Virus record (IMG/VR): IMGVR_UViG_3300036818_000078
Location: 1-60,043 of that record
DNA length: 60,043 bases
DNA from: a virus
Lineage: Duplodnaviria; Caudoviricetes
Reading direction: 5' to 3' (one strand)
A program made the position numbers and the translations under genes. The first letter of the stretch is position 1. Each line of letters begins with the position of its first letter. Positions 1 to 8,563 of the stretch are shown in pieces. The notes under the pieces are model-generated. The model saw only the letters and a program-made list of their open reading frames with translations, was not told the origin of the DNA and did no database searches.

Positions 1-127
1 GGAGTTCCCTTGGCTATCCCCTTTAGTGACGACACATCTCCTGCTCTCAAGACGGCTATAGCGCAATTGTGGACATGGAGCAACTGGCAACAGAAGAAAG
101 CAGTTGAAGTTCGCTACGGAGCAGCAC
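1..127. repeat. 127-nt terminal direct repeat (identical to 59917-60043); circular assembly overlap
   Basis: Sequence GGAGTTCCCTTGG...GGAGCAGCAC at 1-127 recurs at 59917-60043; reading frame of the portal gene is continuous across the join. Confidence 0.95.
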
Positions 128-1317
128 TCGGGTCTGTGCTGGTGGAAGTCTCCGACGATTGGGAACGAGGCAAGGTGTGCTTAGAAGTCGTGTGGCCTGG
201 ACATGTGTGTGATCTCAAACTTGATAGTGCAGGAAACATCAAATCATATGCGATAGAGTACTACACCTATGAAGACAATGCAGGTCAGTACAGGTACAAG
301 AAGACAGTTGATCAGGACTATTTCAAGTATTTCAAGAATGATGAACCTTTTGACTACGGTGATGGGAGCGTGGTAGAAAATCCATACGGCTTCGTTCCCG
401 CTGTCTGGATTAAGCATAGCGATATGGGTGGCGACCATGGTGCTCCTGTCATATCCGGTTCTATGGGCAAAATGGACGAGCTGAACAACCTTGCATCACA
501 CGTGCATGATCAAATCCATAGGGTCATTGGCTCGCCTGTCATGATATCTACCTCAACAGCCATTGGGAAGAATATCTTTGATCGTGAGAAGCGCGGACCA
601 ACATCCGACTTTGCAGAACCCGCTGCTGACCAGGAGGGTTTGTTTATGCTTAGAGGCCCTGCCGATGCGAAGGTTGCATCTCTAGCAGGTAACCTTAATC
701 TTGCAGACGCTTTTACTCACATGCAGCAACTCGTCACAGAGATAGAAGGCGATCATCCTGAACTCTCGTTCTATCGTGAGTTGCGCACCATGTCGCAAGT
801 CACTGGACCTGGCGCAAATCGCATGATGGGAGACGTTGAGGGATTGATGCTAACAGCCCAGGCCGCGTATGATCAGCAGAATATCTCACTGTTTAGGATG
901 GCAGTAGCCGTTGCTGGTTTCCGTGCGAGCAGTGGTACATGGGGGCCACTCAACGATCAACAGAAGAAATTCTTACCGTTCAATCTCGACTCATACGAGC
1001 GTGGGGATCTTGAGATAGCAATCATGCCTCGTCCGCTTCTCACGTCAACGAAACTAGAGCGTGCTCAGGAAAATCTCGCCGTATGGACAGGAGTCGCTGC
1101 AGCAGTCAAGGCTGGCGTGCCTCTCGAACTTGTGCTTGTGGAAGAAGGGTGGACTGATGAGGAGATAGCCAAGCTTCAGCAGCTCAAACAGCAAGAGGCA
1201 GCGGACGCACAAGCGCAATTTGAGCAGCAGCAAAAGGTGATGGCACAAAATCAACCTCCTGCTCAAAATGGGAACAATGGACAGAATAACGGACAATTGC
1301 AAAATATAGGGGGATAG
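1..1317 (+). CDS. Portal protein, C-terminal part (N-terminus at 59566-59916; ~555 aa in total)
   Basis: Directly follows terminase large subunit across the circular junction, in frame; SPP1-like portal features (NPYGFVPAV, MDELN..AS), Q/N-rich tail. Confidence 0.8.
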   Translation, partial: GVPLAIPFSDDTSPALKTAIAQLWTWSNWQQKKAVEVRYGAALGSVLVEVSDDWERGKVCLEVVWPGHVCDLKLDSAGNIKSYAIEYYTYEDNAGQYRYKKTVDQDYFKYFKNDEPFDYGDGSVVENPYGFVPAVWIKHSDMGGDHGAPVISGSMGKMDELNNLASHVHDQIHRVIGSPVMISTSTAIGKNIFDREKRGPTSDFAEPAADQEGLFMLRGPADAKVASLAGNLNLADAFTHMQQLVTEIEGDHPELSFYRELRTMSQVTGPGANRMMGDVEGLMLTAQAAYDQQNISLFRMAVAVAGFRASSGTWGPLNDQQKKFLPFNLDSYERGDLEIAIMPRPLLTSTKLERAQENLAVWTGVAAAVKAGVPLELVLVEEGWTDEEIAKLQQLKQQEAADAQAQFEQQQKVMAQNQPPAQNGNNGQNNGQLQNIGG

Positions 1318-1320
1318 AGC

Positions 1321-1593
1321 ATGTCTAATGTACAAGCGTATATAGCCACAATAGAAGGTGGAAGCTTTGGGTTACGTGACTTTCGCGATGAAATGCCTGG
1401 AGTGTGGTTTGGTGTCAAGTATGGGCAATCTGACGGCTTTGGAGCTTTGATAGCAATCACATGGGATGAGGTTGAAGACTTCATGGTTCAAAACAAGGTT
1501 AATGACATCAGGGATCTAAATGGTCAAAAATGCATTATAGTTGATGAAGGTGGATTAGTACGTTTTATTAGCCTGTTTCGCCCGAAAGGATAG
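1321..1593 (+). CDS. Hypothetical protein
   Basis: 90-aa ORF, tightly packed, purine-rich RBS upstream. Confidence 0.6.
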   Translation: MSNVQAYIATIEGGSFGLRDFRDEMPGVWFGVKYGQSDGFGALIAITWDEVEDFMVQNKVNDIRDLNGQKCIIVDEGGLVRFISLFRPKG

Positions 1594-1596
1594 AAC

Positions 1597-1914
1597 ATGA
1601 TAGTAAAAATGTGCAAAGGCTGGGTAAAAATTGGAGAGACTCTTTATCCAATAGACATAGATGATTTGGATATAGGGGTAGCGCATATAACCTATAACGT
1701 TGATATGCCACCTAACACAACAGTCACTATTGATCCACAAGAGTTGTATAGACTTACAGCGCATGCAAATTATGTGGCACCTGAATACATGTACAAAGCA
1801 CCACCATTAGACCCAGGACCTCCTGAGATGAGCGACAATGATGCATTTGACCTTATGGTCAGCATTAGAGAGGAGAGGCCATGGCAAATCCTACGGGACG
1901 ACGGCTCCGCATAA
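1597..1914 (+). CDS. Hypothetical protein
   Basis: 105-aa ORF with AAAGGA RBS, co-directional packing. Confidence 0.6.
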   Translation: MIVKMCKGWVKIGETLYPIDIDDLDIGVAHITYNVDMPPNTTVTIDPQELYRLTAHANYVAPEYMYKAPPLDPGPPEMSDNDAFDLMVSIREERPWQILRDDGSA

Positions 1915-2186
1915 GCAGCAAGAGGCCGGATTCAGCAGTGAGTTGGGACGTTTTCCTGACCGATGCTGAAACAGGGGAGCCCATTGACGGTGTTACGCGT
2001 ATAGTTCTCACAATAGATGCAGGACAGAATCTCAACGAAGCATTGGTGACATATTGCGAGATTGAGGGTGGATCTGTATTGTGTGAAGATGGAGAGCCTG
2101 TAAAATTCTCAACAAAAGCTGAAAATGTTGAGATAGACGATTTGACAGCATTCGAGATCATGGACAGCATTAGAAAGGAGAGATAA
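1881..2186 (+). CDS. Hypothetical protein
   Basis: 101-aa ORF with GAGGAG RBS upstream of ATG 1881. Confidence 0.6.
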   Translation: MANPTGRRLRISSKRPDSAVSWDVFLTDAETGEPIDGVTRIVLTIDAGQNLNEALVTYCEIEGGSVLCEDGEPVKFSTKAENVEIDDLTAFEIMDSIRKER

Positions 2187-2255
2187 CCCCTACCAATCTC
2201 ATGCATATCATCATCAGTACAACCTATTGACAAACAGTTGAAAGGACGTTAGACT

Positions 2256-2870
2256 ATGACTATACCTCAGAATACCAATCCAAATCCCCAGGCGGGAAAT
2301 GGAACGGACCCTCAGCCCCAGGCGGGCAACTCGACACCCCGGGCGGGTAACGAGCCTCAAACTACTGTTTCACTTACTATTGCTGAAGATTTGCAACGAC
2401 AAATAGCTGAATTGCGAGCTGAGAATGCAAAGCACCGCAATAAGGCGAAAGAGCAAGAGCAAGCAGCACAGGCCGCTGAACAACAACGTTTGCGAGAACA
2501 AGGTGAATTCAAACAACTTGCAGAACAATCATCGGCACGTGTGAAAGAGCTAGAGCCTGTACAGGAACGCTATACAGCACTCTCAGGACTTCTTGCAGAC
2601 CAGATCAAGGCCCAAATCAAGGACTGGCCGAAGGAAGTCAGGGATTTGCTCCCAGGTGATGACACACCTATAGAGGTTCGCTACTCTCAGGTTCAAAAGC
2701 TTCAAACTCTTGCGACTCAATTGGCAAGCCAAGCTCAGCAACAGCAACGTGCAAGTCTTCCTGGCAACAAACCAGGGCCGCAACCTAACCAGAACAACGA
2801 GCAAACGCGAGAACAGCAAATCAACGACTATCGCGTAAGGCGTAGGCAAACAGGTTCTTACAACCTGTAG
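2256..2870 (+). CDS. Capsid scaffolding protein
   Basis: Position before capsid genes; coiled-coil, Q/E-rich, 'ELRAENAKHR' and 'QGEFKQLAE' scaffold-like motifs. Confidence 0.75.
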   Translation: MTIPQNTNPNPQAGNGTDPQPQAGNSTPRAGNEPQTTVSLTIAEDLQRQIAELRAENAKHRNKAKEQEQAAQAAEQQRLREQGEFKQLAEQSSARVKELEPVQERYTALSGLLADQIKAQIKDWPKEVRDLLPGDDTPIEVRYSQVQKLQTLATQLASQAQQQQRASLPGNKPGPQPNQNNEQTREQQINDYRVRRRQTGSYNL

Positions 2871-2934
2871 TAACAATTTAGTGTGTTTATCTTTTTGACC
2901 GCTCTTTACAAGCGGGGAAGGATGATACAAGCAT

Positions 2935-3333
2935 ATGGCTGCAATAAGCAAGGTGGGAAATCCTTCCTTAGCTTCCATGAATTTAGACCCAGGCGCCCAA
3001 AAGCTTCCTGCATTGATTGCTGGAGAGGCGCTTGCGGCTGGTGATGCGTGCTATGTCAAGTCTGACGGCTTGGTATGGCGTGCCATCGGTACAGCGGCCA
3101 ACGCAGCGGCAAAAGTGCGTGGCTTTGCCCCTACCCTCATCAACGTTGGTGAACCTGTCTCCCTCATTTTCAACGTTTCCATGAACTACGGCTCCGGTCT
3201 TACCCCCGGTATTGACGTTTTTCTTGGTGCTGCAGCGGGCGGTCTTGATACCGCAGCGACCACAGGTGGAACCGCTCCTATCGGATTTGCAGAAGACGCA
3301 ACACGTCTTTATCTTTTCCAGAGTAGATATTAA
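2935..3333 (+). CDS. Capsid decoration/cement protein
   Basis: Small A/G-rich protein ('AGEALAAGDACYV') between scaffold and capsid genes. Confidence 0.65.
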   Translation: MAAISKVGNPSLASMNLDPGAQKLPALIAGEALAAGDACYVKSDGLVWRAIGTAANAAAKVRGFAPTLINVGEPVSLIFNVSMNYGSGLTPGIDVFLGAAAGGLDTAATTGGTAPIGFAEDATRLYLFQSRY

Positions 3334-3347
3334 AGGAGATATAGATC

Positions 3348-4406
3348 ATGGGTTTTGGTACCAATACCTCCTTTGATACGCTAGCGTTTGCTCGCAACAC
3401 AACGGTAGCGCAATTTGGAGAAGACAGAGCATTCGACGCGATAGAAATGGCATTTGAAGCGCATAATCAGCAGATGAATGAGATGCTCGAAGAGCTATCT
3501 GAGCCAACAACCGATCAAATTAGGGCCTATGGTGGCCCGGACACCATGGCGATGGAAGAGCTAGATGAGCATGGCACGCCAGAAGCTCAGAAGATTTCTG
3601 CAGGTGTGACGGTTGGGTTTCCGTGTCGATACTACGGCATCGGATTGCAGTGGACTAGGCTGTACTTCCGTTCTGCCATGGCTAACGAGCTTGCAGCCCA
3701 AGCAACGGCCGCTATGGATGCGGATAACAAGATGGTTAAGAGGGACTTGGCAAGGGCCGTTTTCACCCCTACCAACTACAACTTCATTGACCGCTTGCAT
3801 CCGAAGAAACTGACCTTGCCAGTCAAGGCCCTCATCAATGCGGACAGCTCAGCTATCCCGCTTGCTCCTGATGGAGCGTCATTCAACGCGGCCACACATA
3901 CCCATTATTTGGGTACATCATCCTTTGCTGCAGCCGACTTGATAGCAGGCATATCCACCGTCAATGAGCACTTTCTTTCAGGCAAGATCCAAATCTTCAT
4001 CAACATTGCGCAAGAGTCAGCAGTACGTGCATTTTCAGGGTTTACCGCAAGGCTTCCTGTCACTGTTATCGGGGCTATCACTGCTCAGCAGACGGTTGCA
4101 GAGTTGGATGTCTGGAATGTAACCAATCGCTGTATCGGTGACTTCAATGGGGTAGAGATATGGATCAAGCCATGGATACCAGCGAACTATGTACTGTTCC
4201 TGCACAGTGGTACAGGTGACAAGGTTCTGGTAAGGCGCTCGATCACTGGTGAAAATAGTGACCTCCAGTTACTTTTCGACCTTGAAGAGTATCCATTGCG
4301 CTCTAAGGCCATGGCCCGCGAGTTCGGCTTTGGAGTATGGAACCGTGTAGCTGCAGCTTGTCTTCTAACGAATAACGCTACTTACTCCGCTCCGACTATC
4401 AACTGA
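3348..4406 (+). CDS. Major capsid protein
   Basis: 352 aa, strong RBS AAGGAG, synteny, C-terminal 'REFGFGVWNR' pattern typical of HK97-fold capsid proteins. Confidence 0.8.
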   Translation: MGFGTNTSFDTLAFARNTTVAQFGEDRAFDAIEMAFEAHNQQMNEMLEELSEPTTDQIRAYGGPDTMAMEELDEHGTPEAQKISAGVTVGFPCRYYGIGLQWTRLYFRSAMANELAAQATAAMDADNKMVKRDLARAVFTPTNYNFIDRLHPKKLTLPVKALINADSSAIPLAPDGASFNAATHTHYLGTSSFAAADLIAGISTVNEHFLSGKIQIFINIAQESAVRAFSGFTARLPVTVIGAITAQQTVAELDVWNVTNRCIGDFNGVEIWIKPWIPANYVLFLHSGTGDKVLVRRSITGENSDLQLLFDLEEYPLRSKAMAREFGFGVWNRVAAACLLTNNATYSAPTIN

Positions 4407-4415
4407 TGAGGTGAT

Positions 4416-4748
4416 GTGATGACAAAGAAAGATGACGACACTCAGCAGCCTAATCCACCTTTGGGAGGGACGGATCAAGCACCTACTCCCTCTGCAGAAG
4501 GGGAAGAGCAGCCACAGAACACCGCTGGTTTCCAAGTGGGGGAATTTGGAGAGCATCCAACGACAAGTGATCATCGGACCCTTGTTGATGCTCTTAAAGA
4601 GGCTTTCACAAAGGACATGGGTCCGATAATTCCCAAGATCGGTATGGATGAAACTATACCGAACGGGAAATATATCGTGCGTGGTCAGCTTGTGAACGCG
4701 CACGGCGAGCCTATCGATGAAAAAGGCAACAAGCTCAAAAAGGACTGA
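4416..4748 (+). CDS. Hypothetical head-associated protein
   Basis: ORF after the capsid gene with GAGGTG RBS. Confidence 0.55.
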   Translation: MMTKKDDDTQQPNPPLGGTDQAPTPSAEGEEQPQNTAGFQVGEFGEHPTTSDHRTLVDALKEAFTKDMGPIIPKIGMDETIPNGKYIVRGQLVNAHGEPIDEKGNKLKKD

Positions 4749-4750
4749 TT

Positions 4751-5188
4751 GTGGATAGAACCGCAGCTAACGCGCTTTTAAATCAACAATATAGAGAGTT
4801 GACTGTAGATGCTAAGTTCACATCTCAAAACATAACAGATGCGTACTCAGCGGCTATTGACATGTCTTTGAGGCAACTTGGCTATCAGGAAAGCGATCTA
4901 GCGACTGCTGATGTTATTCAGTCAAATGTGCTCAAGTACATTGCACTGCTCAACTACTACGCTCTCAAGCGGTTCTCTACTCTGCTCTCGATCAAGTTCG
5001 ATGTGAAAGCTGGCAGTGGCGCTGTAGAGGCTGCTCGTTCACAAGCATTCAAAATGGTAGCAACCCTTATGGAGCAAGCTGCAGAGGAGTTGACACAATA
5101 CGGCATCTTTGTAGGCAGCTCGCAAGGCTTCCAAATCGGGACTATGACGCTCGACTTCCAAGAGCCTAGTGTATTGAGTGAGTTTTAG
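4751..5188 (+). CDS. Putative head-tail adaptor
   Basis: Helical 145-aa protein in the adaptor position of the neck module. Confidence 0.55.
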   Translation: MDRTAANALLNQQYRELTVDAKFTSQNITDAYSAAIDMSLRQLGYQESDLATADVIQSNVLKYIALLNYYALKRFSTLLSIKFDVKAGSGAVEAARSQAFKMVATLMEQAAEELTQYGIFVGSSQGFQIGTMTLDFQEPSVLSEF

Positions 5189-5190
5189 AG

Positions 5191-5481
5191 GTGAGTATGG
5201 CAGATCAAGTACCAAGTGTGGGAAAAGTTGTTCACTATGTGATGTCTGATGGGAGATATCCAGGGGAGCATAGACCAGCGATTATTGTCAAAGTCTGGGA
5301 TACAGATCCTAAGCCTGACTCTCTAGTGCAGCTCCAAGTCTTCACAGACGGGCCAAATGACTACTTGATAGATGTTCCTGGTCATAACGGAGTTGCATGG
5401 CGTACATCGGTTCACCATGACGAAACAGAAAAGAAGCCTGCTACTTGGCATTGGCCCGAGTATGTCCCTGCTAAGGAATAA
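5191..5481 (+). CDS. Conserved phage hypothetical protein
   Basis: 'PSVGKVVHY...PAIIVKVW...TWHWP' pattern recurrent in phage genomes. Confidence 0.6.
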   Translation: MSMADQVPSVGKVVHYVMSDGRYPGEHRPAIIVKVWDTDPKPDSLVQLQVFTDGPNDYLIDVPGHNGVAWRTSVHHDETEKKPATWHWPEYVPAKE

Positions 5482-5484
5482 AGC

Positions 5485-5850
5485 ATGCCAATTTTTACAC
5501 CAGACGATATGCAGACCTTTGCGGATATCGTCACTGATCTCGCAATGGATAAGCCCTGCACAATAACGAGAACTCCTGAGACCGATGGCCCGTACGGGAC
5601 GCAGGCAGGCACTCCTATTGTCGTCATTGAGACGGTTTGTCTGATGAAAATGTTGCCTACTCCTTTCTTACTGCAAACTCACGATGACAAGCTGGGAGTG
5701 ATTGCCAAATGGACTCTGGGCTTTCCTTTGGGGACCAACCCATTAGAGGGTGATGTGGTCAATGTCGAGGGGCAAAGGGTGCTGATATCGCTTGTGAAGG
5801 AAGAGTCCTTTGCTGTCATGGATGAAGTCCTTGCAAGTGAGGTGGAATGA
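5485..5850 (+). CDS. Putative head closure (stopper) protein
   Basis: Beta-rich 121 aa, 'CTITR...DGPYG', 'GDVVNVEG', synteny. Confidence 0.55.
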   Translation: MPIFTPDDMQTFADIVTDLAMDKPCTITRTPETDGPYGTQAGTPIVVIETVCLMKMLPTPFLLQTHDDKLGVIAKWTLGFPLGTNPLEGDVVNVEGQRVLISLVKEESFAVMDEVLASEVE

Positions 5851-6251
5851 TGGCCGACGAATGGAACAATTGGTTAAGAGTTGCTGAAGCCATGACACCA
5901 GCATGTAGGGAAGCTGTCACTAATACGGCAAAAGCAGGCGAGATACACGTCAAAGCGCAAATTGTGATGAATGGGCAGGTACTCACAGGCAACATGCTCA
6001 AAAGCGTGTATTCAAGCACACCAGACGGGAGCACGTACCAAGATGTTGATAGAGGATTGCCTGAAATCACACCTGAGAACGAAACAGAGGCAATTCTAGC
6101 GGTATCAGCAGATTATTCTGTGTTTCCCAATTATGGGACTACTCATCAGTCTGCAAAACCGTTCTGGGAGCCAGGACTAGACCAGATGGCTGGTGATTTT
6201 GAGACTCAAATGGGGATAGTAGCTCAAAAGCTAGAAGATGCAGGAAGATAA
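5847..6251 (+). CDS. HK97 gp10-like tail completion/neck protein
   Basis: 'VLTGNMLKS' and 'YGTTHQSAKPFWEP' match the gp10 family signature. Confidence 0.7.
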   Translation: MMADEWNNWLRVAEAMTPACREAVTNTAKAGEIHVKAQIVMNGQVLTGNMLKSVYSSTPDGSTYQDVDRGLPEITPENETEAILAVSADYSVFPNYGTTHQSAKPFWEPGLDQMAGDFETQMGIVAQKLEDAGR

Positions 6252-6689
6252 ATGAGTGTAGCAGAGGCGGCTTTAGGTCTTTCGTTCTTTCTCACGACGC
6301 TTGAAGCTGACTCAACGCTCACCAGTCTTTCGCCGGGTGGGATCAGAGTAGGGGCTATGCCAATAAGGTCAACTTATCCTGGCACGGTCATTGCATTCCA
6401 GAGTGGACTTGATGTGATTTATGTAAATGCCAGAAGATCATCAGTGAACGCACTCTATCAGGTAAAAGCAGTCGGAAAGATGGATGATCGGCAGGCGGTA
6501 GTGGACTTGGCAAGCCAAATTGACATTGATCTAGGAGGTGACCAAGGGCTCAAGAATGTCTTCATCCCAAATGGGTACATAGGCTCTTGCTACAGGGAAT
6601 CGCCACTACTCTTGATCGATACTGACAAATCAGGTGTGCAATTCATGCATTTAGGTGGATTATATAGAGTTAGAATACAGCAAAGGTAA
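6252..6689 (+). CDS. Tail terminator protein
   Basis: 145 aa immediately upstream of the tail tube gene. Confidence 0.6.
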   Translation: MSVAEAALGLSFFLTTLEADSTLTSLSPGGIRVGAMPIRSTYPGTVIAFQSGLDVIYVNARRSSVNALYQVKAVGKMDDRQAVVDLASQIDIDLGGDQGLKNVFIPNGYIGSCYRESPLLLIDTDKSGVQFMHLGGLYRVRIQQR

Positions 6690-6698
6690 GGTGACCAA

Positions 6699-7985
6699 AT
6701 GAGCTTTACACCGGAACCAAGCACCATAGGAGTTACAAATCAGGTAGGGGTTGAAGTAACGCCAGGGACGGCAGTTCCGGCGAACAAGCGTATCGACAAC
6801 ATCTTGTATAAGTTCGGGCCTAAAGGCGATTTCAAGAAGACAGCAGGCACAGGGCGCAAGTATCCTAGTGTACAGCAATTAAATGCTGAATGGGTGGAAG
6901 GCTCGTTTACTGGCAGCATGGACTACAATAGCATGCTCTACCCATTTACAGGTGCCATGGGAGTGACCACGCCAGTTGCTCACGGCGCGTCAGCAACTGC
7001 CAAGGACTGGATCATCGATGCGAGCTTGTCAGGAGCAAAGCAGCCACAGACTCTCTCATTTGAGCAAGGCGATCCGGCGATCAGGGCTCACAAATTCGCG
7101 TATGGCCTTACCAGAAAGATCGGTTACAAGCTCGATAGGCAGACTGACGCCTCTATTTCTGGTGATATCCTTGCACAGATCGTCACCGATGGTATCACGA
7201 TGACAGGCAGCCCAACGGCTGTGGCGCTCTCTCCAATCGTTGGCCAGCACTTCAATTTCTATCTTGATCCAACATTTGGCGCTCTTGGCACAACCCAGCT
7301 TTTGAAGGTGCTCAAAGCTGAATTCAACATGGATACTATCTATGGTCCTGCATGGTACCTCAACCGCTCTCTTTCCTCATATTCTGCTCATGTTGATCTT
7401 AACCCGAACTCTACATTCAAGTTTATGGTAGCGGCCGACGCCACTGGCATGGCCCTGCTCAATACGATGAGAGATGGCACGACACGGTTTGTACGAGTTG
7501 AGGCGCAAGGTCCTGTTATTGACAACAACCAGACGGTGACGATTGGAGGCGGTGCAACCACGGGTAACTTTACCCTCTCGTACAAAGGGCAGACCACCGC
7601 AAACATTCCTTATTCAGTCGGTCTTACTGCTGCTACGGTTCAAACTGCTTACCAGCTTCTATCAACCGTATTGACTGGTTGTACAGTTTCAGGTCCGAAT
7701 GGCGGGCCATATGTTTTCACGTATGTAGGGGCTCTTGCTACCGATACAACAGCCATGACCGCTACAAATGTCAGCTTGACGGGTGGCACACCAACAATTG
7801 TCGTTACCCAGACGCAAGCCTACTTACGGTTCGCACACGACATGGCACTGAAGATAGGACAACCATCCGAATGGCAGGACGACAACGGCGTGTATGCCAT
7901 TGAATGGGACTGCGACATCTTTGAGGATAGCGGCTGGGGCCATGCACACCAGGTGACTCTTACCAACCTTATCACGGCTCTTTAG
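6699..7985 (+). CDS. Major tail (tube) protein with inserted beta domain
   Basis: 'VGVEVTPGTAVP' N-terminus; T/G-rich insertion 'QTVTIGGGATTGNFTLSYKGQTTANI'; precedes tail chaperones. Confidence 0.75.
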   Translation: MSFTPEPSTIGVTNQVGVEVTPGTAVPANKRIDNILYKFGPKGDFKKTAGTGRKYPSVQQLNAEWVEGSFTGSMDYNSMLYPFTGAMGVTTPVAHGASATAKDWIIDASLSGAKQPQTLSFEQGDPAIRAHKFAYGLTRKIGYKLDRQTDASISGDILAQIVTDGITMTGSPTAVALSPIVGQHFNFYLDPTFGALGTTQLLKVLKAEFNMDTIYGPAWYLNRSLSSYSAHVDLNPNSTFKFMVAADATGMALLNTMRDGTTRFVRVEAQGPVIDNNQTVTIGGGATTGNFTLSYKGQTTANIPYSVGLTAATVQTAYQLLSTVLTGCTVSGPNGGPYVFTYVGALATDTTAMTATNVSLTGGTPTIVVTQTQAYLRFAHDMALKIGQPSEWQDDNGVYAIEWDCDIFEDSGWGHAHQVTLTNLITAL

Positions 7986-7994
7986 GACGGAATT

Positions 7995-8360
7995 ATGCCA
8001 ATCAAACTATCACAGCTCGCAGCGAAAGCGGCTCCGCTCACTCTATGGTTCGATAACGACCCTCTAGAACTTGAGTACTACCCAAACAAAATCACCGATG
8101 AGATGATTATGGGATGGAACGAGGCAAAAGCGAAAGGCGAGCGTGGTACTGCTGAATACGTGCAAGAGAATAACGAGACGTTTCTCAGTTTCATCAAGTC
8201 TTGGGATTTACTTGAAGATGACGATATCACCACAGTACCGCTCATACCTGAAAGAATGATAAGTGTACCTGTTAGCATCAAGGGATACATCCTAGATGCC
8301 ATCATGGGAGAGATCCAATCGGGGGAAGCGGGCAAGCCCAAGATCAAGAAGAGAAAATAA
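7995..8360 (+). CDS. Tail assembly chaperone (G-like)
   Basis: Between tube and tape measure genes; 'IKSWDL' motif; slippery GGGGGAA at 8321-8327. Confidence 0.75.
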   Translation: MPIKLSQLAAKAAPLTLWFDNDPLELEYYPNKITDEMIMGWNEAKAKGERGTAEYVQENNETFLSFIKSWDLLEDDDITTVPLIPERMISVPVSIKGYILDAIMGEIQSGEAGKPKIKKRK

Positions 8361-8563
8361 TGCTTGGGCGCTATCTCGCAACAGACGGACTCATGGGGGA
8401 AGTACCTGATTGGTATGTGGTGGGAAAAGCAGCAAAATATTGGGGCGTGCCACCATGGGAGATGATGAAACAGTCGATATTTTGGAGGGAAAAGGCACTG
8501 ATTGCTATGTCAGCAGAAGCAAGCGCAAGAAAGCAAAAAGAGAAGCTGAACGGAGGACAATAA
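8360..8563 (+). CDS. Tail assembly chaperone extension (T-like; probable -1 frameshift product)
   Basis: In the -1 frame of the upstream ORF and open from 8321 through ATG 8360; 'WGVPPWE' motif. Confidence 0.65.
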   Translation: MLGRYLATDGLMGEVPDWYVVGKAAKYWGVPPWEMMKQSIFWREKALIAMSAEASARKQKEKLNGGQ

